DNA of 64,000 nucleotides from Alphaproteobacteria bacterium (GTDB lineage Bacteria; Pseudomonadota; Alphaproteobacteria; G965222575): NCBI GenBank assembly GCA_965222575.1, contig OZ244958.1, positions 320,001 to 384,000 of the forward strand, read 5' to 3'. Shown piece by piece: positions 58,836 to 64,000 of this stretch (position 1 is its first letter; each line of letters starts with the position of its first letter). The notes under the pieces were generated by a model. It saw only the letters and a program-made list of their open reading frames with translations, ran no database searches and was not told where the DNA came from. The position numbers and the translations under genes were made by a program.

Positions 58836-60544
58836 TTAGAGGCAGGGAGCAGGCAGGGGCAACCCATCCACAATCTTGATGGTGATAGCACCCCTATAGT
58901 CAAGTCGTAGCTGTCCAATCAGTGTGAGTTTTTCCCCTACTGCCGTCGCCAAAGCTTCTCCCCAAGGGGTTGTGTTCACAGAAAAGGCAACAGCACCGAC
59001 TTTGGTATTATCCTTTTCCAAGCTTAAGAACAAGTGCTGCTCTCCAAAGGGTTTGATGTGTGTAACAGTTACAGAGGAAAACAAAAACAAAGGTTCCGGG
59101 AATTTTTGTCCGTAAGGGGCTAAGGAGCGAATGAGTTGCCATAGGCTTGGTGTAAGCTGTATAAGGTCTAAAGGGGCATCTATGAGGTTCGGAGAGGCGG
59201 GCGGTTGTGTGAACCGTGCACTCAGAAAGTCTCGAAGCACCCCTATGGTTCCTGTTTTTGTCGTGAGGCCGGCGGCCATGGCGTGTCCACCGGCTGTGCG
59301 GATTAAGCCTTGTTCTTGCGCTTCATTCAGTGCTTCTCCTAGATGAAATCCCCTAATGGAACGCCCTGAGCCTTTATCTCCTTCTTGTGCCGTATCACCC
59401 TCTCCTTTTGCTGCAATAACCACAGCAGGGCGATGATAGCGCCTCATAAGCCGTTGTGCTACAAGCCCCGTAACCCCCGGATGAATATCAGCCGCTACAA
59501 CCAAAACAGGGGTGTGCTGTAAACAGGCTAAGGCTTTCTCCGTTCCTTCTTGTTGTAATTGCTTGCGTATCGTATTGGTCTCTTTGAGTTTTTGACTCCA
59601 CAAAAATCGTTCAGAATCATCAGTTGTCAACAAGAAATTCAGTCCCTCCATAGGCTTGCCTAAACGCCCACTAGCATTTAAGACAGGGCCCATAAAAAAC
59701 GCCATGCTCTCCTCTGTGATTGGTCTATCACCAGCTAGTACCTGTAATCCTTTATTGCCAAGTCCTTTGTTCAATAATTCCAACCCTTGCGCAACATAAG
59801 CTCTATTCATCCCCCGCATTGGCACCATATCACAAACAGTCGCCATAGCCACTAAGTCTAACCGCTGAAGCAAATCAGGAAGATTCTTGAATCCCCCTTC
59901 CCGTAGCTTGCGATTCAAAGCCACCAAAGCAAAAACACTACCCCCGCAGCGGCTAGGTGGTCAAGAGCGCTTTCATCCCCTTCTTGATTAGGATTCACCA
60001 CAAGACAGGACGCTAATGCGCTCTTAGAACAGTAGTGGTGGTCGCATACAATCACCTCCATGCCACAAGCCATCGCCATCCGCACAGCCACTCTATCCGT
60101 AGAACCGCAGTCCATAGCAAGACACAATGTCACCCCACGCTTCTTTCGAAAATCCTCTAATACCTCTCCCCTAAGACCGTACCCTTGCGAAATCCTGCTC
60201 GGAATATAAAAGGAGACCTCAACACCCAACGCTCTGAAGTAGGAAACCGCCAGCGCAACACAGCTTATTCCATCTACATCATAATCGCCATATAAGAGAA
60301 TCCTTTCTCTTTTTCGCACCACTTGCTCTAAACGCGCAACCGCCTCTTCCATATGAAGTAACTCAAAAGGCTCCTTCATAAGAGACCGACAAGTAGGGTA
60401 CACAATACTCTCTCTCTCCCCCTCACTCACCCCTCTCATGGTAAGAAGCCGCTCAATGAGAGGGTCTTCCCCCTCCTCTTCCGCACCCCCCAAAGACGCA
60501 GGCAAACGCCACACCTTTCCGCCTAAAGACATCACATCACTCAC
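58836..60544 (-). pseudogene. recJ: ssDNA exonuclease RecJ split by a 1-nt frameshift near 59927
   Basis: YGDYDVDG and DHH in 59915..60544; ATVCDMVP, NASGRL, GSGRS and GGHAMAAG in 58836..59927. Confidence 0.85.
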
Positions 60545-61482
60545 GCACAGCCCTCCCCCCTCCCCTCATCTCTTACCTCACGTCTCACAGACCCCTCCCA
60601 TATCATCGAATGCGATAACAAAGTCTTGCCCCGACGGCGTACGCCCTTGAGAAGACTCCCATCCGTCACCCCCGTGGCAATAAAGCAAACCTTCCCCTTA
60701 ACCATATCACTGATACCTACCTGCTTGTCCGGGTCCTCAATGCCCATCTGTAAAGCCTCAGCACGCCGCTTCCCCTCAGGAAATACCAACCGCCCCTTAA
60801 AACTTCCACTTCCGCCTTTAAGCGCCGCCGCTACCAGCACCCCCTCCGGCGCCCCCCCACACCCCATATAAACATCTACCCCAGAATCCTCTATGACCGT
60901 CACCAAAGACCCCGCAATATCCCCATCAGAAATCAAGGCGACTTTCGCACCACTCTTCTCAATCTTCCTAAGAAGACCCTCATGACGCTGCCTCTTTAAC
61001 ACGCAAATCACCAACTCAGATACGGAAACACCCTTATAAGAAGCAATCGCCTCTAAGTTCTCCTCCACTCCTCTATCCAAATCTAACATCTCCTCCGGCA
61101 CCGCCGCCACAATCTTCTCCATATAAACATCCGGCGCATGAAAAAGACTCCCACTCTCCCCAAAAGCCACCACAGTCATAGCTCCCCCTTGCCCCTCAGC
61201 AACAATCCGTGTCCCCTCCAACGGGTCAACAGCAATATCAATCCCAACCCCCCCGCACCCAAGCCTCTCCCCAATATAAAGCATAGGAGCCTTATCTCTC
61301 TCCCCCTCACCAATGACCACCCGACCATCCATGGGTAGACCATTTAAAACACACCGCATCGCCTCCACCGCCGCTCCGTCCGCTGCCTCCTTGTCACCCC
61401 TACCAACCCACTCTGATGCCGCTATAGCCGCACACTTAGAAGCTTCCAAAAACCCCAAAACTAACCCCTTCATCTCACCCAC
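60541..61482 (-). CDS. glpX: Class II fructose-1,6-bisphosphatase
   Basis: VVIGEGERDKAPMLYIGE, DIAVDPLEGT, GGAPEGV, ATGVTDG. Confidence 0.95.
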   Translation of the reverse strand: MGEMKGLVLGFLEASKCAAIAASEWVGRGDKEAADGAAVEAMRCVLNGLPMDGRVVIGEGERDKAPMLYIGERLGCGGVGIDIAVDPLEGTRIVAEGQGGAMTVVAFGESGSLFHAPDVYMEKIVAAVPEEMLDLDRGVEENLEAIASYKGVSVSELVICVLKRQRHEGLLRKIEKSGAKVALISDGDIAGSLVTVIEDSGVDVYMGCGGAPEGVLVAAALKGGSGSFKGRLVFPEGKRRAEALQMGIEDPDKQVGISDMVKGKVCFIATGVTDGSLLKGVRRRGKTLLSHSMIWEGSVRREVRDEGRGEGCA

Positions 61483-62674
61483 GCACGCCTCCTCCTATAC
61501 CTTGCCTCCTAGAAAATGCCTCCCTCGCTTCCCTATCCGTCATGGAAGATATCACATCCACAACACACCGCAATTCCTCATAAGAACTTTCCTCCTCTCT
61601 TTTTGTCTTCTCCTCCGTATAACTACGCAAAAGACCCCATACAATCTCTTTTTCCGCAGTGTCCATAGCATGTTCCGGATAAATCTCTTGCTCACAGGCA
61701 CGCAACCGTTTCAACACAGGCCATTTAGACGTATATTCCAACAGAGGCTTCCTAGGGAAAAGACCCTGATAGGTTAAAAATGTCTCTCTATTCTCTTCAA
61801 CCACCTTCAAAACTTGGTGAATGAGGTAGTCAATCACACGACTTTTATGTTTGAGAAATCTATCGGCTTTTTGTCCCACTATCGTCGGCACAGGGACTAA
61901 GTCGCGGAGAAACGCTATCACTTTGTCAAAGGAGAGTTTGTTCATCCTCCAAGCATCTTCTAAGTCACCAAGGAGATAGCAAATATCATCAGCCGCCTCC
62001 ATAAGCCACACCAAGGGATGGCGGGGAAAGCCCTTAGGAGTGTCTTCCTGTATTCCTATGGTGCGGATGATGGATTGAAAGGCTGGGGCGTCTTCTTGGA
62101 AGAGACCATATTTTTTAGAGGCGCCGTTATCTTTAGCGTGTAGGGCTTGCCAAGGATATTTTACGGAGGCTGTGAGAACTCCGCAGGTCAAAGACAGTCC
62201 TTCAAGGCGTGTTAAGATACGAAAGGTTTGGGCATTGCCATCAAAATGAAGGAATTCTGCGCGTTGCCCCTGATTCATCTTGTTGAGAAGATAGGAGTTA
62301 CGTTTAAACCATGCGCCAATGAGGAATTCTCCGTAGTGTCCGAAAGGGGGGTGTCCCACATCATGGACTAAAGCGGCTGCTGCAACAATACGTCCCACAT
62401 CAAGAGGATGAATGTCCTGATAATCCTGATGATACAGTTCGCCGACGAGATTCCCAAGGCTGCGTCCGACTCTCATGACCTCAAGAGAATGCGTAAGGCG
62501 GCGGCGGACAGTACTGTGGGCTTCGTAATCCGGAAAGACCTGTCGTTTATCGGCTAGTCGTCTGAAAGACGCAGAAAAAATAATCTTGTCAATATCCCGT
62601 GCAAAGGGCGGGCGGCGGGGGTCTTCTTGAGTGCTTTGTGCAGGAAAACGCTTCTTGGAAAAGAAATCAATCAT
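61475..62674 (-). CDS. dgt: dNTP triphosphohydrolase (HD domain)
   Basis: FRRLADKRQVF, RLTHSLEV, HDVGHPPFGH, EAADDICY. Confidence 0.92.
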   Translation of the reverse strand: MIDFFSKKRFPAQSTQEDPRRPPFARDIDKIIFSASFRRLADKRQVFPDYEAHSTVRRRLTHSLEVMRVGRSLGNLVGELYHQDYQDIHPLDVGRIVAAAALVHDVGHPPFGHYGEFLIGAWFKRNSYLLNKMNQGQRAEFLHFDGNAQTFRILTRLEGLSLTCGVLTASVKYPWQALHAKDNGASKKYGLFQEDAPAFQSIIRTIGIQEDTPKGFPRHPLVWLMEAADDICYLLGDLEDAWRMNKLSFDKVIAFLRDLVPVPTIVGQKADRFLKHKSRVIDYLIHQVLKVVEENRETFLTYQGLFPRKPLLEYTSKWPVLKRLRACEQEIYPEHAMDTAEKEIVWGLLRSYTEEKTKREEESSYEELRCVVDVISSMTDREAREAFSRRQGIGGGVRG

Positions 62675-63917
62675 GGAACTCTTCCACAGGCAGGAAACGC
62701 GCCTGTTCATCCAAGAGGCAGTATCCTTTGAAGCCCTCTTTTTTAAGCCTTTTCAGCTGTTTTTCCAACCGCTTTTCCACAGGCAGTAAAGACACTCGTT
62801 GATAGGAGCGCCGTAAGGTGTTCACTTGACGCTCCACAAGTGCCCATGGAACATCACAAGCGGGAAGAAGACAGGCGATAGTAGAGGGCTCTTCTTCCTT
62901 TGGTAGAAGATTTTCCTCTTCTATCATCTGTACAAGCCGTTCAAAGCCAATAGAAAACCCACAAGCGGGAATAGGGGCGCCTGTGAGGGAGTGTATCATC
63001 TTATCATAGCGCCCTCCGCCTCCAAGGGAGAGAGGAGAAGAAGTTGCTTGTCTCACTTCAAACATAGCCCCGGTATAATACCCCATGCCGCGCACAAGAG
63101 TAGGGGAGAACACAACATGGTGACAAGATCGCTTAAGAGCGTCTTTAATCTCAAGTAGCTCGGCAACAAGCTTTCTGATAGGGTCATTGGTAAGAAAAGG
63201 AGACCACCATTTTGTTGATTCTTCTTCTAAGAGTTTTTTGATTTTTTGACAAAAGGCAGGATTACGAGTAGTGGCTTCAAGGTCTTCTAAGAGCTGTGCG
63301 GAGGAGTATTTATCTCGCTTATCCAAAATGACGCAGACTGCCCCTTGTAGTTGTTCAGGGCATCCTAAGGTTGAGAGCATATGTTCTAAAAATTTCCGAT
63401 GGTTCAGTTCCACAGTTAGTTGTTGAAAGCCTAAGGCTTCATAAGCTTTCAACGCCGTTGTCAGCAGGTCAATTTCCGCCAAGGGAGAGGGGCCTCCTAT
63501 GATATCAATATCGCACTGGAGAAATTGTCTAAAGCGTCCTTTTTGCGGTCGTTCCGCGCGCCAAACGGGGGCGATTTGCAACGCCTTAAAGACAGCAGGC
63601 AACACCGCCCGGTGCGTCGCATAATATCTCACCAAGGGCACAGTTAAATCAAAACGCAAGCCTAAGTCCGCTAGAGACGCCTTTGTTTCAAGGGCTTTTC
63701 GTAGCTTCTCACCGCGCTTTAACACTTGAAAGGTCAGTTTGCTGGTCTGTCCCCCCCCTTGAGACAATACCTCAAGAGACTCCAAAGCAGGCGTCTGTAT
63801 CTCCCTAAACCCATGGGCTTGAAAAAGTGCGAGAATCTTCTGAATTAAGGTGTGGCGCAATGCAGTGTCTTGGGGAAGAAAATCACGCATACCCCTTGGA
63901 GGTAGTGGAGTCGTCAT
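62667..63917 (-). CDS. hisS: Histidine--tRNA ligase
   Basis: PRGMRDF, LRFDLTVP, ERPQKGRFRQF, VRGMGYYTG, GGGGRYD. Confidence 0.96.
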   Translation of the reverse strand: MTTPLPPRGMRDFLPQDTALRHTLIQKILALFQAHGFREIQTPALESLEVLSQGGGQTSKLTFQVLKRGEKLRKALETKASLADLGLRFDLTVPLVRYYATHRAVLPAVFKALQIAPVWRAERPQKGRFRQFLQCDIDIIGGPSPLAEIDLLTTALKAYEALGFQQLTVELNHRKFLEHMLSTLGCPEQLQGAVCVILDKRDKYSSAQLLEDLEATTRNPAFCQKIKKLLEEESTKWWSPFLTNDPIRKLVAELLEIKDALKRSCHHVVFSPTLVRGMGYYTGAMFEVRQATSSPLSLGGGGRYDKMIHSLTGAPIPACGFSIGFERLVQMIEEENLLPKEEEPSTIACLLPACDVPWALVERQVNTLRRSYQRVSLLPVEKRLEKQLKRLKKEGFKGYCLLDEQARFLPVEEFHD

Positions 63918-64000
63918 CAGGTAGGGGTTTTTTCTCTGTCAACACTAAGCTATAATTTTATCTCAATAGCCTGCCGTAAACAAGACTTGCCTCCCCTTAT

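Overview
This window looks like the chromosome of a host-associated alphaproteobacterium, judged from gcrA, an IalB-family gene, NDUFA9 and zf-CHCC homologues and the gltA-gltX-comEC order. Housekeeping genes occupy about 1-9.4 kb and 45.2-64 kb. Between them is a roughly 36 kb accessory block. It starts with a membrane PP2C/SpoIIE (RsbU/BtrU-like) phosphatase transcribed divergently from a partial Ysc-family injectisome operon (sctG-like chaperone, sctI, L, N, O, P, Q, T, U). sctJ, R, S, C, D, V and F are not in this window. Next comes an array of unannotated effector-like genes: a Pro-rich protein, a paralogue pair, an ankyrin protein and a paralogue triplet with SptP/SicP-binding-like N-termini. 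The block also holds a roughly 3,100-aa lipoprotein/Ala-rich stalk/subtilase gene broken by three single-base frameshifts, and a decayed high-GC type II restriction-modification remnant beside tRNA-Ser(CGA). Micro-duplications are frequent (sctP 36-bp repeats, a triplicated sctP/sctQ junction, 14-bp and 20-bp intergenic arrays, a radC scar, a pheT echo). All calls come from reading motifs by eye; no database searches were run.
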